Part shown: positions 8,978-19,987 of the stretch, piece by piece
How positions within the stretch are numbered: position 1 is the stretch's first letter
Layout of the letters: the number at the start of each line of letters is the position of its first letter
Source: a virus
Lineage: Duplodnaviria > Heunggongvirae > Uroviricota > Caudoviricetes
Length of the DNA: 40,397 nt
Reading direction: 5' to 3' (one strand)
Virus record (IMG/VR): IMGVR_UViG_2541047757_000012
Notes under the pieces: model-generated
What the model was told of the DNA's origin: nothing
Seen by the model: only the letters and a program-made list of their open reading frames with translations
Database searches by the model: none
Program-made: the position numbers and the translations under genes

Positions 8978-9418
8978 TTAAAACTCCCCGAGAACCTGGT
9001 CAATCTTGCCACAGTCAAACACCCACGGCATCGTATTACCGGTTTTAGCGTTGGCGTTATCCGGTTGCTTCTGGAACGCAACACTGCGTGCCGTGATGAT
9101 GTCGCCGCTGACCTTGTTGCGGATCACGATAACGTTATTCCCCCATGTGGCAGAAGACTGGCTCTGTGCGTTATACGCCAGCGACAATTTTTTATTTGTC
9201 GGTGATGTCTTCAGAAGGTTAACGGTAATCGTCCCGCTTTTATCTGCATGGAGACTGTGCATCACTTCGCCATCAGCACCGATGGTCATGGTGTTTTTAG
9301 GACCGCCCATCGCAACCACAATCCCCTCTTCAGAACTTGCCGAACCGTACCCGAGGTCAATCGAACCTGTCGGCCCGGTCAGCGTCGCAGTGACATCCAT
9401 AAAAGAATAGGTAGACAT
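8978..9418 (-). CDS. Tail tube protein
   Basis: 146-aa ORF directly after the sheath gene, the canonical sheath-tube-chaperone-tape measure order. Confidence 0.6.
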   Translation of the reverse strand: MSTYSFMDVTATLTGPTGSIDLGYGSASSEEGIVVAMGGPKNTMTIGADGEVMHSLHADKSGTITVNLLKTSPTNKKLSLAYNAQSQSSATWGNNVIVIRNKVSGDIITARSVAFQKQPDNANAKTGNTMPWVFDCGKIDQVLGEF

Positions 9419-9428
9419 TCACTTCCCC

Positions 9429-10574
9429 TTAGCGAACAACGTTAATCTGTACGTCAGCGTAATGAACCGCGCCTGCAAGTTTTATTGCAGCCTGAATCAC
9501 CGGAGCCTTACGGGCTTCACGTTCTGATTGTGCCTGTTCATCCAGCGGCTGGGCGTATACGTAATAACCTTTGGGCAGTGTGTCACCTGATGACAACTGA
9601 CCAAGGTCGCCCCCGTTCCATACGCCCGGAGCAATCAGTCCATTCTGAACGGCCTGATCCAGTGATTTTTCAACATTTGATAACAGTCGGGTAATACCGG
9701 CTTCAGTCTGGGGAACTTTCGTGGTGCTGGTATAAAGCAGGTTATAGAGGTTGGTCTGCACATAATTCTGTAACCAGTCCAGGCCGTGGCGTTCATCAAA
9801 GAAATCGCCGTTAGCCATCACTCCCTGCTGGAGGATAGCTGTATCATTCTGGTAGTACACGAACACATTGCAGTTTTTTGCATCAAGTGCCGATGCCTGG
9901 CTGACTGTCAGTGTTTCATACCCGACACCCGGCTCCTGCTTAAACTTGAGCGTAATCGCGGTATTACTGCCATTGAAATTAACCGTGAATGCCCGGCCAA
10001 ATGCAGATAACGCAGCGTATTTATTACCCGATGAATATTGAATAAAACTGCGTGAATATCCGGCGGTTTTCAGTTTTGATGCCAAATCATCGCTGGATGC
10101 AGTCTGCAGGCATTTCTCATCGCTTGTCGTAATCGCCAGAATACGGCTTACAGAAGAGGATTCGATCGCCGCAGCCACTTTCAGCCAGTCTGCATCCGGA
10201 ATATCTTCATCGTCTGCAATCCCCAGCCCATACCATGAAGTATAATCGAGCATGGCATTCACAGCCTGCTCCAGCGTCTCAGGCGTGGCCTGTTCGCTGT
10301 CTCCCTTCGTTTTCACCCAACGCCCAACAAAAACCTCCTGAGGTTTCGGTGATTGTGAGAAAAACACCTGCGCAGCCTTATATTCTGGTGATTCCACGCC
10401 AAAATCTTTTCCAATATCTTCCGCGGCAGAATAACGGCGAATGCGCTCACTTACCGGAATGATTGTGGACGGGCCGAGAATGAGTAATGCACCAAAATTT
10501 CGCCCTGATGCTGCACGCGGCGACATGATCACATCAACATTAACAACGTTTGATACAGGCAAGCCCTGTGCCAT
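9429..10574 (-). CDS. Tail sheath protein
   Basis: 381-aa ORF upstream of the tube gene; size and position fit a contractile tail sheath. Confidence 0.6.
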   Translation of the reverse strand: MAQGLPVSNVVNVDVIMSPRAASGRNFGALLILGPSTIIPVSERIRRYSAAEDIGKDFGVESPEYKAAQVFFSQSPKPQEVFVGRWVKTKGDSEQATPETLEQAVNAMLDYTSWYGLGIADDEDIPDADWLKVAAAIESSSVSRILAITTSDEKCLQTASSDDLASKLKTAGYSRSFIQYSSGNKYAALSAFGRAFTVNFNGSNTAITLKFKQEPGVGYETLTVSQASALDAKNCNVFVYYQNDTAILQQGVMANGDFFDERHGLDWLQNYVQTNLYNLLYTSTTKVPQTEAGITRLLSNVEKSLDQAVQNGLIAPGVWNGGDLGQLSSGDTLPKGYYVYAQPLDEQAQSEREARKAPVIQAAIKLAGAVHYADVQINVVR

Positions 10575-10577
10575 AGC

Positions 10578-11141
10578 TTAATCTCCGAAAAAGATGACTG
10601 GTGCTTCCACCAGCGATTTAATACCGTACTCGCGCACAACCTTCCGGCGCAGACGCACCGTCATATCGTAGCGGCGGACCCATTGCTGATTAATAAGTTC
10701 AGGGAAGGGAGTCAGACCTGTGTAATCGCCAAGAGACAGCCCCAGCGCATTCAGTGCTGCGTTGTTCTGCGGTACAGATATACCGTCACGAAACCGGGAC
10801 GCATACACCATCCCCGCCGGACCATAAAACGAAGCCATACACTCAATCGTTTCATGCCGCCAGAGCTGAGAGCCATCATCGGTCTGTCTGATGAATGCCG
10901 GACTGTCATCACCTGACCATCCGATAACCCCAAACGCACACCAGTTCGTTTCAGCCGGTAGCAGTGGCGGCTGCTCTTTCTGCCAGCGCGGACGAACCAT
11001 CCCGGCAGACAGACCGGAAACGTTACGCATCCACTGGCTTAACAGCCTGTCGAGCGCTTCGTCATAATCCGGATCGCCACTGGTTGGTATCAGCCATCCG
11101 CGCTCTGTGCTGGTGTTATTGCTCAACCGGAATTCCCCCAT
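10578..11141 (-). CDS. Hypothetical virion protein (head-tail joining region)
   Basis: ORF in the structural operon; start uncertain (ATG at 11186 or 11141, neither with a clear SD). Confidence 0.45.
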   Translation of the reverse strand: MGEFRLSNNTSTERGWLIPTSGDPDYDEALDRLLSQWMRNVSGLSAGMVRPRWQKEQPPLLPAETNWCAFGVIGWSGDDSPAFIRQTDDGSQLWRHETIECMASFYGPAGMVYASRFRDGISVPQNNAALNALGLSLGDYTGLTPFPELINQQWVRRYDMTVRLRRKVVREYGIKSLVEAPVIFFGD

Positions 11142-11505
11142 CAAACGGCAGCAACTCACAATGCGCCTGAACGAATCCGGCCCCATAAGCTGTATACGGG
11201 TCGACGAAGGTCACACGATAATCACGGTCCTGATACGTCACGATATCGGCATCAAGGCCAGTCTGTCCCTGCGTCAGTCGCTCAGTCGTCACAATCAGAA
11301 TTGCACCGCTGATTACCTGCCCTGCCTGCATACGGCGGTTTTCCAGAGAGCGATCAACAGTTACGACTCCGGCAAACTGCTTTTTAACTTCACTGTCGCT
11401 GCCGATCCCGTCCTCATCCACCGTTTGCACTCGGCGTGTTACCCACAAATTGAAGTCGCAAAAATCGGGGTCAAAAAGCACATCTGTTACATCAAGAGTC
11501 GGCAT
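11116..11505 (-). CDS. Hypothetical virion protein
   Basis: 129-aa ORF in the structural operon, overlapping neighbours. Confidence 0.5.
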   Translation of the reverse strand: MPTLDVTDVLFDPDFCDFNLWVTRRVQTVDEDGIGSDSEVKKQFAGVVTVDRSLENRRMQAGQVISGAILIVTTERLTQGQTGLDADIVTYQDRDYRVTFVDPYTAYGAGFVQAHCELLPFDGGIPVEQ

Positions 11506-12046
11506 CTTTATCCCTCACAACATGGGTAATAGCTCTGCGATATTGCCCGGTATCAATTAATGGTTTCGCCAGTTCGGTTCCCGGAGATTCGCCAGCAGCA
11601 CGCCGGGCAAGTTCCAGTGTTGCCCCCTTGCGCCCCCGACGAGCCCGGGCTTCAACAGTGCTGTCAGCAAGCGGCGTAAAGCCGGTAATGGTCATGTAAC
11701 GCCTGACGCCATTAGCGGCCAGCGTTCCGGCACGGTTGAGTGCGCGTTCTGCTCCCGCAGCATTACCATCAAGTGCAGCCTGCGCCGCGGCTTTGAGCTG
11801 CGGCACCGTCTGCTCTTCTGCCGATTTAACGCCGGGGACCAGGTGAGGTCGTGGCGGGATGTTCTGCTCTGGTGAGCCGTATTCGTTGAGGTAACCGATG
11901 CCCGCATTACCAAACGGAACATCATCCCGCCCGCTGTCTTCCGAAGGGATGCCGACCAGCACATCTTTTTTGGTTAACGACCTGAGCGCATCCAGAATGG
12001 CCTTAGCGTTATCCACCCTCGTTGTTACACCGCTTTTGAAACTCAT
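11492..12046 (-). CDS. Hypothetical virion / head completion protein
   Basis: 184-aa ORF, coupled, between capsid and tail genes. Confidence 0.5.
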   Translation of the reverse strand: MSFKSGVTTRVDNAKAILDALRSLTKKDVLVGIPSEDSGRDDVPFGNAGIGYLNEYGSPEQNIPPRPHLVPGVKSAEEQTVPQLKAAAQAALDGNAAGAERALNRAGTLAANGVRRYMTITGFTPLADSTVEARARRGRKGATLELARRAAGESPGTELAKPLIDTGQYRRAITHVVRDKDADS

Positions 12047-12450
12047 AGCTGGCGACCGCCTGCACCGAACATCGTGATCAACTGATAAAATTCAGCGCCA
12101 TATCGGGTGTTATTCCAGAAGCCTGCATCAGGATTCAGCGTCGCGCTGATGTCATAACTGACACTTACCTTGTCAACGGACTTTGAGGACTGAACACCAT
12201 TGGTTGAGCCGCCAGGGCCACCAGCCAGCATCGCCCTGCTGTCAGCCGCCCAGAGCGTCATGTAGTGCGCAACGAACAATCCGGCAAAGTACGGAAACAA
12301 CTTTTTGCCGGTGACGTTTTCGCTCAGCAGTTCATCTGCCAGATTCAGACGAAACTGGATTTGCGCTTCGGGATATTTGGCAGGGTCAGCAAACTGCGGG
12401 AAGTCGCGGCGAAAATCACTTACCGCTGGCAGACTTTGATTCTTTGACAT
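12043..12450 (-). CDS. Hypothetical head-tail connector-region protein
   Basis: ATG at 12450 ([10 protein letters not shown]...); overlaps neighbours. Confidence 0.5.
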   Translation of the reverse strand: MSKNQSLPAVSDFRRDFPQFADPAKYPEAQIQFRLNLADELLSENVTGKKLFPYFAGLFVAHYMTLWAADSRAMLAGGPGGSTNGVQSSKSVDKVSVSYDISATLNPDAGFWNNTRYGAEFYQLITMFGAGGRQL

Positions 12451-12784
12451 CTTTAGCCCCATTACCGCCAGTCCGGGCGGCAGTAATCTGCGCCTGCAGG
12501 CTGTCGTTCTGCTCCTGCAGTTTGAGCAATGCATCTTTAAGATCGGCAATCAGCTTATCTTTGTCGGCAATCTGCGCTTGCAGGCCGTCGATAATGGGTT
12601 GCAGATCATCGGTGTCGCTAATCACGCTTTCGGAAAGCTCAGAGTGCGCCTGGGTGAACCAGTGCGACGCGACCTCTTCCGGTACGTTATGCCGTCCCCG
12701 GCCAAACTCCTGTTTTGACTGATCGCCGAGCGTCAGCGTAAACGGGGTGTGAACATGGATGGTAACCAGCTTTTCTTTCGCCAT
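12416..12784 (-). CDS. Hypothetical coiled-coil protein
   Basis: Internal ATG at 12784 ([11 protein letters not shown]...) with AAGGA upstream; track ORF start at 13015 would overlap the capsid gene. Confidence 0.5.
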   Translation of the reverse strand: MAKEKLVTIHVHTPFTLTLGDQSKQEFGRGRHNVPEEVASHWFTQAHSELSESVISDTDDLQPIIDGLQAQIADKDKLIADLKDALLKLQEQNDSLQAQITAARTGGNGAKDVKESKSASGK

Positions 12785-12824
12785 TTCAGTTTCCTTCAGG
12801 CCCCTTTCGGGGCCATTCTGGTTA

Positions 12825-13766
12825 TCAGATACCGTCCACATAGGACAGAGTTTCTTTATACACTGGCTCGACTGCACCCAGCTTGCCGTAGTAAGTGACG
12901 ATCTGATACAGGCCGCGATACTGCACCGGCACGCTCTGAAGCGGAACCAGCGGGTAGCGGACGTATTTTTTATCGTTGGTGTACGCAACCATGCGATCCT
13001 TATTCCCCACACCACGGCCTTTCAGCCATTTAACCGCGCGGATATTCAGCGGAACACCGTTCTGGTGATAGCTGATGGTGTTGGTCTGAAGGTACGTCAA
13101 CAGGGACTGGTTACCCGCAGATGAAACGATGATGCTGGACAACAGAGCAAACTGTTCAGGCGGGATCAGCAAATCACGCGGGACCACAGAGTAACCAGAA
13201 GCGGCCCACGCATCAGACAGCACCTGGTTAATGCTTGCGCGGATTTCGTCCGGTGTTGAGGTTGCCCACGTTTTGGCAGCGTTGTTGACAGGCACGCCGT
13301 CCAGGGTAACAAGGCCTTTCAGGTTTAATGCGGAATCGCCAACATATACCTGTTCATCGTTATCCATCTGCCATTTCAGTTGCATCCCGTCATACTTCTG
13401 CGTATCAATCGGGCGGCCGACCTGCTGAGCAGCCTGCAATTCTATGACCGTCCAGCCAAGTTCCATCCCCCACAGGTTCAGCGGGTTACCGGATTTGCCG
13501 GTATCCACGTTCACGCCAGCAATAGCGGTTGAGTCTTTGCCTACCCAGTTTTTGCCATTCGGATTTGCACCAGTACCCGCAGCGGCGAAGCTGGTATTCG
13601 TCCAGCTGGAAATGTCATCTGCGATGGAGACATCTTCACGCAGTTGGATATCGCGGGTCCAGGTGTACCCCACCAGTGGCAGGTTCAGCGTCTGGTCGAG
13701 TCGCTCCAGCTCCCCGATGAGAAAGGCACCAGAGCTGTCAACGGTTGCCTGATCAAAAGTAATCAT
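12825..13766 (-). CDS. Major capsid protein
   Basis: 313-aa ORF after the scaffold-like and small structural genes; size and position fit the major capsid protein. Confidence 0.6.
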   Translation of the reverse strand: MITFDQATVDSSGAFLIGELERLDQTLNLPLVGYTWTRDIQLREDVSIADDISSWTNTSFAAAGTGANPNGKNWVGKDSTAIAGVNVDTGKSGNPLNLWGMELGWTVIELQAAQQVGRPIDTQKYDGMQLKWQMDNDEQVYVGDSALNLKGLVTLDGVPVNNAAKTWATSTPDEIRASINQVLSDAWAASGYSVVPRDLLIPPEQFALLSSIIVSSAGNQSLLTYLQTNTISYHQNGVPLNIRAVKWLKGRGVGNKDRMVAYTNDKKYVRYPLVPLQSVPVQYRGLYQIVTYYGKLGAVEPVYKETLSYVDGI

Positions 13767-13777
13767 TCGTCTGTTCC

Positions 13778-14284
13778 TTAAATCTTCCAGGAAATTTCTG
13801 CATTGCCGTCAGCATCACCGGCACCTGTGAATTCAGCGTTGGTCAGCACCACGTTTTTGCCACTGACTGACGTGGCCATGAATCCACCCAGCGGCACTTT
13901 GATGGATTCATCAGTGGAGACGACAACGTATACCGGGTCGCCTTTTTTGATGGTGCTGGCATCAAAATCAGAACCGAGATTAACGGTCACGTAGCCACGC
14001 TTCATGGCGTCGCCCGGGAAGTTCTTGCCACTCCCCACCTGGCGAACCATGTCCGGCTGCGAAGTGGTCGGATAAGGGCGCACGTAGATCCCCTTCACCT
14101 TGTCTGCGGTATCACCATCTGCCAGCGGCACGAAAAAACCGTCATCATCGTATTTACCAGCCAGCCCATAGGCAGCGAAGGCGTTATCGGATTTAAGGAC
14201 CACCGGTTCGACGGTTAAGTCCTGCGGGCGAGAGACAGCCCCGGCAATGCCAACAGGCATCCGGTACAGAAATACATTATTCAT
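13778..14284 (-). CDS. Head structural protein (possible decoration/auxiliary)
   Basis: 168-aa ORF between scaffold-like and capsid genes. Confidence 0.45.
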   Translation of the reverse strand: MNNVFLYRMPVGIAGAVSRPQDLTVEPVVLKSDNAFAAYGLAGKYDDDGFFVPLADGDTADKVKGIYVRPYPTTSQPDMVRQVGSGKNFPGDAMKRGYVTVNLGSDFDASTIKKGDPVYVVVSTDESIKVPLGGFMATSVSGKNVVLTNAEFTGAGDADGNAEISWKI

Positions 14285-14287
14285 TTT

Positions 14288-15520
14288 TTACCCTTTACGG
14301 TTTGCCCAGAATTCAGCGTTTTGTTTGTTCAGGGAAGCGATACTGGTCATGCCCATGTTTAGGCGCTGTGCATCGCCGGTGGTGGCGCGGGTGTTTCGCC
14401 CTTTGGCAATCTCAGACACGGCATTAAACGCCATGTCGACCGATTGTTTCGGCAATTTGCGGATATCCGCATCACCGACTATCTGGCGAACCAGCGTTTT
14501 GTCAGCGGCGGACAGCACATCACGTTTGAACGCGGTCGGTTTCACCTTACGGCTCAGATCGATACCCGGAACGATAACTTCGGCACGATAAGCAGCGTCA
14601 CCGGTAATCGTGGTTTCCTCTTCGTCGTCCTCACCGTCGCCGGTAGGGTCTTTGTTATCTTTGCCGTCAGGCTTATCGTCGTTATCGCCCGTTGCAGTAC
14701 CTTCCAGCTTAGCCAGCAGGGCTTTGAGCAAGGTTTTGATATCGTCCTCGCCGTCGCCGGTTGGCTCTCCGCCCATTTCCGGCTTTTTGTCCGGCAATGG
14801 TTGTTGCGGTGAAAGATTAATGTTGAGGTTAACGCCGCTCGGCAGATCCCCTTCATCGCCCGTTACCGCCGCTGGCGCAGAGTCCAGCAGTTCGTTCATG
14901 GTGTCAGCATCACCCGTTTTGATGGCCGTGCGCATGCGGGTCCACCAGCTTTTCTTTTGATTTGCCATTGTGTCTTTGTCTCCAATTGCACAACGATTTC
15001 CGGCTCTGCCTTTAGGGACAAGAGCCACATGGTTTCCGGTAATATCGACCTGCTCGGCTTTTCCGGGTTCGGTCTGCTCGTACTCAGCGTCATAGCCGCA
15101 CGACACTTCGCGCAGACCATCTTCGATCAGCTGAATGGCGCTTTCGTCTTTGACGATAAGGTCAGCCAGCATCAAATCAGACTGATCACCAGTCCCGCGC
15201 CGAACGTTCTGAAGATGCCCGACCGCAAGCTCTTTCCAGTTCTCGGGGTTGACCAGCCGCACATTCCCGTTTTCATCTTCAGGATGCAGGATCGTGATGC
15301 TCATCCCTTCGAATGAGGCAAGCGTGGCCGGATGGAATACCTGCTCAGGAGAACGCGTGACGACTATTTCACCGAACTTATCGGGTTTCAGTTTTGGCAG
15401 GTCATCAGCACCATAGAGCTGCTTACCTGTTCGTCCTATCGGCACGTCTTTGCACAGCAACGAGCCGTCAGCCAGCTGATAGCGGGTTTCCCCCAGCCGG
15501 GTATTGAAAAAATATTTCAT
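14288..15520 (-). CDS. Putative prohead scaffold/protease-like protein
   Basis: 410-aa ORF after the MuF-like gene; C-terminal half acidic and low-complexity with repeated PTGDGEDD. Confidence 0.5.
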   Translation of the reverse strand: MKYFFNTRLGETRYQLADGSLLCKDVPIGRTGKQLYGADDLPKLKPDKFGEIVVTRSPEQVFHPATLASFEGMSITILHPEDENGNVRLVNPENWKELAVGHLQNVRRGTGDQSDLMLADLIVKDESAIQLIEDGLREVSCGYDAEYEQTEPGKAEQVDITGNHVALVPKGRAGNRCAIGDKDTMANQKKSWWTRMRTAIKTGDADTMNELLDSAPAAVTGDEGDLPSGVNLNINLSPQQPLPDKKPEMGGEPTGDGEDDIKTLLKALLAKLEGTATGDNDDKPDGKDNKDPTGDGEDDEEETTITGDAAYRAEVIVPGIDLSRKVKPTAFKRDVLSAADKTLVRQIVGDADIRKLPKQSVDMAFNAVSEIAKGRNTRATTGDAQRLNMGMTSIASLNKQNAEFWANRKG

Positions 15521-15534
15521 GGGTTACCTGCGAT

Positions 15535-16308
15535 TCAGGCGGGATAAGAATGGGAGGAGGGAAAAACGATTTCTTTATAACAACGACAATTCGGGAGCTC
15601 GCCAGCGTGACCGGTCATGCCGTCAAGCGTTGGAGGTTTGCCCCATTCGACAAATTTACCTTCCATTTCCCGATGAGAATGCCTGACGTCACCATCTTCG
15701 GCTGTACGCCAGATATAACCATTCGAACCAATTGACAGCGCACGCGCCTGATCCAGCGCGCCGGTTGCACGTCCAAGTTCAGTACGGGCAATCAGGTCAG
15801 CTCTGGACTTTGCTATATCACCCGATGCGGCTATTTCTTTAGCAAAATGTTCCGCTCTCCCACCGGTAACAACAGCTTCTATCGCCCGATTCTGGATGTC
15901 GTACACCCTGTCAGCCGCCTCGAGGGGTAGCGATTTGATGTACTTAACCTGTTCGGCAACGATGGATTTCATCACCTGCCCAGGCGGGGAACTGTTTACC
16001 AGATTGCGTAGCTCACGGCTGATGGTTTTGCTGTGTTTGCGCCACTGCTCATCATTCTTGCGCACAATGTCGGCGGTAAAGTTTTCCGCGACCTTTGTCG
16101 CCCAGGGGGTTATGATTTCACTGTAGCGCTCCAGCGCCTCAATAATTTCCGTGATACTGTCATTTGAACCATCGTAGTGACCATTTACGATGTCCCCGAC
16201 CGCCCGCGCTATCCTGCGTAGGCTGGTTCGATACCGGATTTCCGCCTGACGGTTCCTGCGGTTCGTCATCAGGTTCGCCGATGCCGGGCGGCGCTTCATC
16301 TTCGGCAT
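15535..16308 (-). CDS. Head morphogenesis protein, Mu F / SPP1 gp7-like
   Basis: 257-aa ORF directly after the portal gene, overlapping the portal 3' end by about 150 nt; C-terminus ...GELPNCRCY. Confidence 0.65.
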   Translation of the reverse strand: MPKMKRRPASANLMTNRRNRQAEIRYRTSLRRIARAVGDIVNGHYDGSNDSITEIIEALERYSEIITPWATKVAENFTADIVRKNDEQWRKHSKTISRELRNLVNSSPPGQVMKSIVAEQVKYIKSLPLEAADRVYDIQNRAIEAVVTGGRAEHFAKEIAASGDIAKSRADLIARTELGRATGALDQARALSIGSNGYIWRTAEDGDVRHSHREMEGKFVEWGKPPTLDGMTGHAGELPNCRCYKEIVFPSSHSYPA

Positions 16309-17626
16309 TCTCGATGTCCTCGTCGGTAATGGATGCCCCGATGCCGGTTACGTCAGAATTTTCGCGCAAATCAGTCATAGCGGCTTTCAGTGTCATCAGA
16401 CCATCACCCAGCGCTGTACTGATTGCGTTGGTGGTATTTAACGCCACCGTTGAACGATCGACATCAGACATTTGCCAGAGCGGGTTAAACTCAAACGTGA
16501 AATCATCCGGGAGCGGCTTGCCAAGTTCCGAACGATGCATGATGTCCAGTATCCGCCGCACCGGAAGACGTAAACGCCTCTCCTGCAATGAGCTTACCCG
16601 GTCGTAATAGTTGGCAAGATCTGCATCACCGGTAGAAAATCCTTTCGGGGACTGTCCGAACAACCGCACCAGTGGGATACCAACAGCGCCGCTAATCTGT
16701 TCTGCAAACTGCGAAAGGATGTCATCCAGACCACTGAAGTTGTACTGATGGGTTTCGAAGGTATCTTTGGCATCCATTAGCGTCATGCCTTCATTGCTCT
16801 GAAACTGTCGAATCAGATCAATGTTTTTCAGCAGCGCCTCGAATGCCTGGCCGCCCAGCGCAATAAGCTCACGAAGTTTTTCCACCTTGTAGGTCCGCAA
16901 ATGCGCCTTGTAGACCAGCTGCGCCGCGCCGACAGTAGCGCTGTCGAACGCGGTAAGACGATCCCAGATACGCTCTACAACCGACATTCCCCATTCGTTC
17001 TCGGTCATCTTCTGCTGGAATGGCAGCGTGACGCCATCAAAGCGAATCAGACGACTGTGATGAATGCGCCAGGCAGGAATTCCCGTTGCTGTGGTCACCA
17101 CATCGTAAAACTCAGGTTTACCCAGGTCCGGCCCCATATCTTTAATGCGGCGGGTCAGCACCGGGTTAATCATCCAGCGGTCGAGCGGGAGAATGCCCTT
17201 AAACTTGCCTTCTCCAATGGTTTCGAGCCGCAGCGGGGTCATTGGTGCCTGCCCCTCAATCATGATGAAACCCACCGCGCCGCCATAGAGGCGCGACCAT
17301 TTCAGCACGTCATTCAGCGCATCCCAGATTTGCAACTCATCCAGTTGTGATTCGAGAATGCCGCGATCTTTTGCATCAATTTCCGAAGTGATGCGAATGC
17401 CTTTGCGGGTCATATCATCCGGGATAGCATCGACCGCTTCGCCGATGATCCAGGACGAACGATAGGACCATTCCACCAGCATGCGGTTACGACTGGTGAA
17501 ATTAGCCCGGTAGGTGGATGCTGAGTGCTGGTTAGGTGTCTGCATCCCTACGCGGGCAATAAAATTCTCATAACCATCAGCTGTGGCCTGCGCAGTTCTT
17601 CGCAGGGCTTGCTTGTTTCGTGCCAT
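16160..17626 (-). CDS. Portal protein
   Basis: 488-aa ORF immediately after the large terminase (ATGA-type overlap at 17626), the canonical portal position. Confidence 0.7.
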   Translation of the reverse strand: MARNKQALRRTAQATADGYENFIARVGMQTPNQHSASTYRANFTSRNRMLVEWSYRSSWIIGEAVDAIPDDMTRKGIRITSEIDAKDRGILESQLDELQIWDALNDVLKWSRLYGGAVGFIMIEGQAPMTPLRLETIGEGKFKGILPLDRWMINPVLTRRIKDMGPDLGKPEFYDVVTTATGIPAWRIHHSRLIRFDGVTLPFQQKMTENEWGMSVVERIWDRLTAFDSATVGAAQLVYKAHLRTYKVEKLRELIALGGQAFEALLKNIDLIRQFQSNEGMTLMDAKDTFETHQYNFSGLDDILSQFAEQISGAVGIPLVRLFGQSPKGFSTGDADLANYYDRVSSLQERRLRLPVRRILDIMHRSELGKPLPDDFTFEFNPLWQMSDVDRSTVALNTTNAISTALGDGLMTLKAAMTDLRENSDVTGIGASITDEDIENAEDEAPPGIGEPDDEPQEPSGGNPVSNQPTQDSAGGRGHRKWSLRWFK

Positions 17627-19029
17627 CAGGCCTGTCTCCCCAGCTGTTCCCAGATATCCAGCGATGTATCAATTGGCGCGAAGGCCATAATGAATGCGTC
17701 AGCAACGTTTGGTGACGGTATCTCGCGTTTTGCGAGGTCTTTTTTACTTTCGACCATCACACGTCCGTTACGGTCGAAATCACGATGAGGTGTTGTCAGT
17801 TCCAGTTTCAGCTTTTCAAGCAACGGACAACGAGAATCTATGCTGATCAGCTCATCCACAGGATACTGTTCTCCGTTGTTAATGGCGTTAAACGTATTTC
17901 TGAAACGGTCAGCCACCAGCCACCATGCCTGAGCCTTAAGATTTGCGAAAAAGTCTTTGTTGGGGATGCCGTTGTATTCGTCATCTGGTTCATGCACACC
18001 AGCGCCGGCGTTAAACCTCTGGTAATTCACACGTCGCGCGTATGCATTCTCGCTCTTCCGGTCAGCGTTAATTTCAGAGAATTTAGCACCGGCAGAAGCA
18101 CCAACACCGATAGAGTCGTAAACAATATCTGCTTCACGCTCCAGCGCCGACTGATAAGTACGCTGGCAGCTCTTCAGTAATTCATCTTCTTTGGCCTTCC
18201 ATTCGTCGGCCCAGAAAACAACGGAACCGTGACGGTAAACGTTAGCGCACTTATCTGTACCACTGTCAGCCACGTCAAAGCCAATACGCTTTCTTCCACT
18301 GGGTTCGAAATTTAACGTTTTGTGCGCATCCACTGCGGCTTCTATCCAGGACAGTTTGATGATTGCCGCATCATCATCAGACTCCGGAACGCCCTCATAC
18401 ACATGTTTAAAACCATCCGGATCACGGCGTCGCGCCGCGTCGATAACCTTAAGCATGGTGTCAGACAGAAACGGATTTTCGTCATAGTTAATTTTGCGGA
18501 TGAGAGTGCCTTCAGGCGGATCAACAACGAAGTTACGCCAGACGAAATCAGTAACAAGTCCGGGGTTGAATATGAACCAGCATTCCGAACCCTCTTTACG
18601 GATCGTTGGCTCCAGAATTTTCCACTGGTATTCAGTCAGTGCGTGGGCTTCTTCCAGCCACAACACGTCGATCCCCTCCAGTGACTTAATTTCTTCGATG
18701 TTGCGCCATAATCCATAAAAAACAAATTCCGAGCCAGTAACCCGGTTAATGATTTTGTTGTTCAGAATCCGGAAACGGTGCCGCAGGCCAAACCTGTCTA
18801 TCTGAATTTTGAGCAGGGTATACACCGACTCTTCGATTTTATTCTGGATCTGACGGGCACAACAAAAACGCAGGGTGTATTTATTCGACAGAAATATGGC
18901 AATGCCAGCGGCATCCCATGATTTTGACGATGACCGGCCACCATAAAGCACTTTGTTACGTGCCCGCGTAGTCCAGAAACTACGTAAAGCCGGATTAAGC
19001 GTCGGTTTGGATGTCAGAATAGAAGTCAT
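17626..19029 (-). CDS. Terminase large subunit
   Basis: Walker A-like YGGRSSSKSW near the N-terminus and LWLEEAH / FIFNPG motifs; likely start is the internal ATG at 19029 (track start 19137 overlaps terS by 143 nt). Confidence 0.8.
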   Translation of the reverse strand: MTSILTSKPTLNPALRSFWTTRARNKVLYGGRSSSKSWDAAGIAIFLSNKYTLRFCCARQIQNKIEESVYTLLKIQIDRFGLRHRFRILNNKIINRVTGSEFVFYGLWRNIEEIKSLEGIDVLWLEEAHALTEYQWKILEPTIRKEGSECWFIFNPGLVTDFVWRNFVVDPPEGTLIRKINYDENPFLSDTMLKVIDAARRRDPDGFKHVYEGVPESDDDAAIIKLSWIEAAVDAHKTLNFEPSGRKRIGFDVADSGTDKCANVYRHGSVVFWADEWKAKEDELLKSCQRTYQSALEREADIVYDSIGVGASAGAKFSEINADRKSENAYARRVNYQRFNAGAGVHEPDDEYNGIPNKDFFANLKAQAWWLVADRFRNTFNAINNGEQYPVDELISIDSRCPLLEKLKLELTTPHRDFDRNGRVMVESKKDLAKREIPSPNVADAFIMAFAPIDTSLDIWEQLGRQA

Positions 19030-19744
19030 TGAGGTCACGCTCTCCATTGCCATCATCAATACCTGCATCACGGCGAAGACGATCAGCCTCCAGAGACACC
19101 TTATCAGTGGCGGCCTTGCGGTAGGCTGTATCAGCAAATATTTTTCCTACCGTCGCAAGCGTGCCAACGATGGACTCAATACGAACTGTATTGCGCATCA
19201 TTGCTTTCTCGGCGGCGCTGATATTTTCCATCAGCATCTTCCTTTCCTGGTCCCCATTAGCATCTTCCAGCGACACCAGCCACCGACCGATATTCTCTGC
19301 AGCGACAAGGTTGTTAGCACGAAGGCGAAATAATTCGTCCTCGAGCGTCAACGCTTTAGCGTCCTCTATCACCTCATCTTTGAGCAGAAGGCGACGGGCA
19401 TAACCACCGTGTTTTAATGCCTGTTGGTTACCGGGTTGGAATGGGTTAGTCGGGGGATCGGTACGCATTCCGCGTATCGGTTTCGTATCCAGTGTAGGTT
19501 CTGTTTTTAGTTGCGTACCTTTTTGTGTAAGGCCAGTAATGGCAGGCTTTCTGCTGGTACGCACTTTTCTTTTTTGCGTACCATTTTTGCAAACCTGCAT
19601 ACCGCCACTGCGTACCCAACCAAGCTTTTTGGCCCTCTTCCTGATAGCCCCTTCTGTAACGCCGTATTTCTCGCCTATATCACGGAGGCTAAGGACTCCG
19701 GCCCGGTATGCCGATTCGATGGCCTCCCAGTCCGGTTTTGCCAT
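18995..19744 (-). CDS. Terminase small subunit
   Basis: 249-aa ORF immediately upstream of terL; N-terminal HTH-like segment ...LSLRDIGEKYGVTEGAIRKRAKKLGW. Confidence 0.65.
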   Translation of the reverse strand: MAKPDWEAIESAYRAGVLSLRDIGEKYGVTEGAIRKRAKKLGWVRSGGMQVCKNGTQKRKVRTSRKPAITGLTQKGTQLKTEPTLDTKPIRGMRTDPPTNPFQPGNQQALKHGGYARRLLLKDEVIEDAKALTLEDELFRLRANNLVAAENIGRWLVSLEDANGDQERKMLMENISAAEKAMMRNTVRIESIVGTLATVGKIFADTAYRKAATDKVSLEADRLRRDAGIDDGNGERDLNDFYSDIQTDA

Positions 19745-19801
19745 GAATTTTTCCTCTTAGTGACATTATCGAAGCCCCTTATCAAAGGAGCTTCTGTAAT
19801 G

Positions 19802-19987
19802 TCAGTCCCGAACAAACGTAACCTTCGTGTTTGTCGCTCGCCTTACAAGGCGCGCCGCTTCGCGTTGCATTTCATCGATAACTTTTTGCGTCATCGGCTG
19901 ATGCGCATATTTACGTTCAATCTCTGCAAAAATCCCGTTCATCGTTTCGCTGTCTGGTGGGATAACTTCAACGTTTAATCGTGCCAT
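19802..19987 (-). CDS. Hypothetical small protein
   Basis: 61 aa from ATG at 19987 (track start at 20014 is TTG); lies between Rz1 and terS; weak SD. Confidence 0.3.
   Translation of the reverse strand: MARLNVEVIPPDSETMNGIFAEIERKYAHQPMTQKVIDEMQREAARLVRRATNTKVTFVRD

Noticed and set aside
18995-19137. Track start of terL at 19137 (143-nt overlap with terS)
   Set aside because: The internal ATG at 19029 puts the Walker A motif at the usual distance from the N-terminus and reduces the overlap; the long N-terminal extension is probably not translated.
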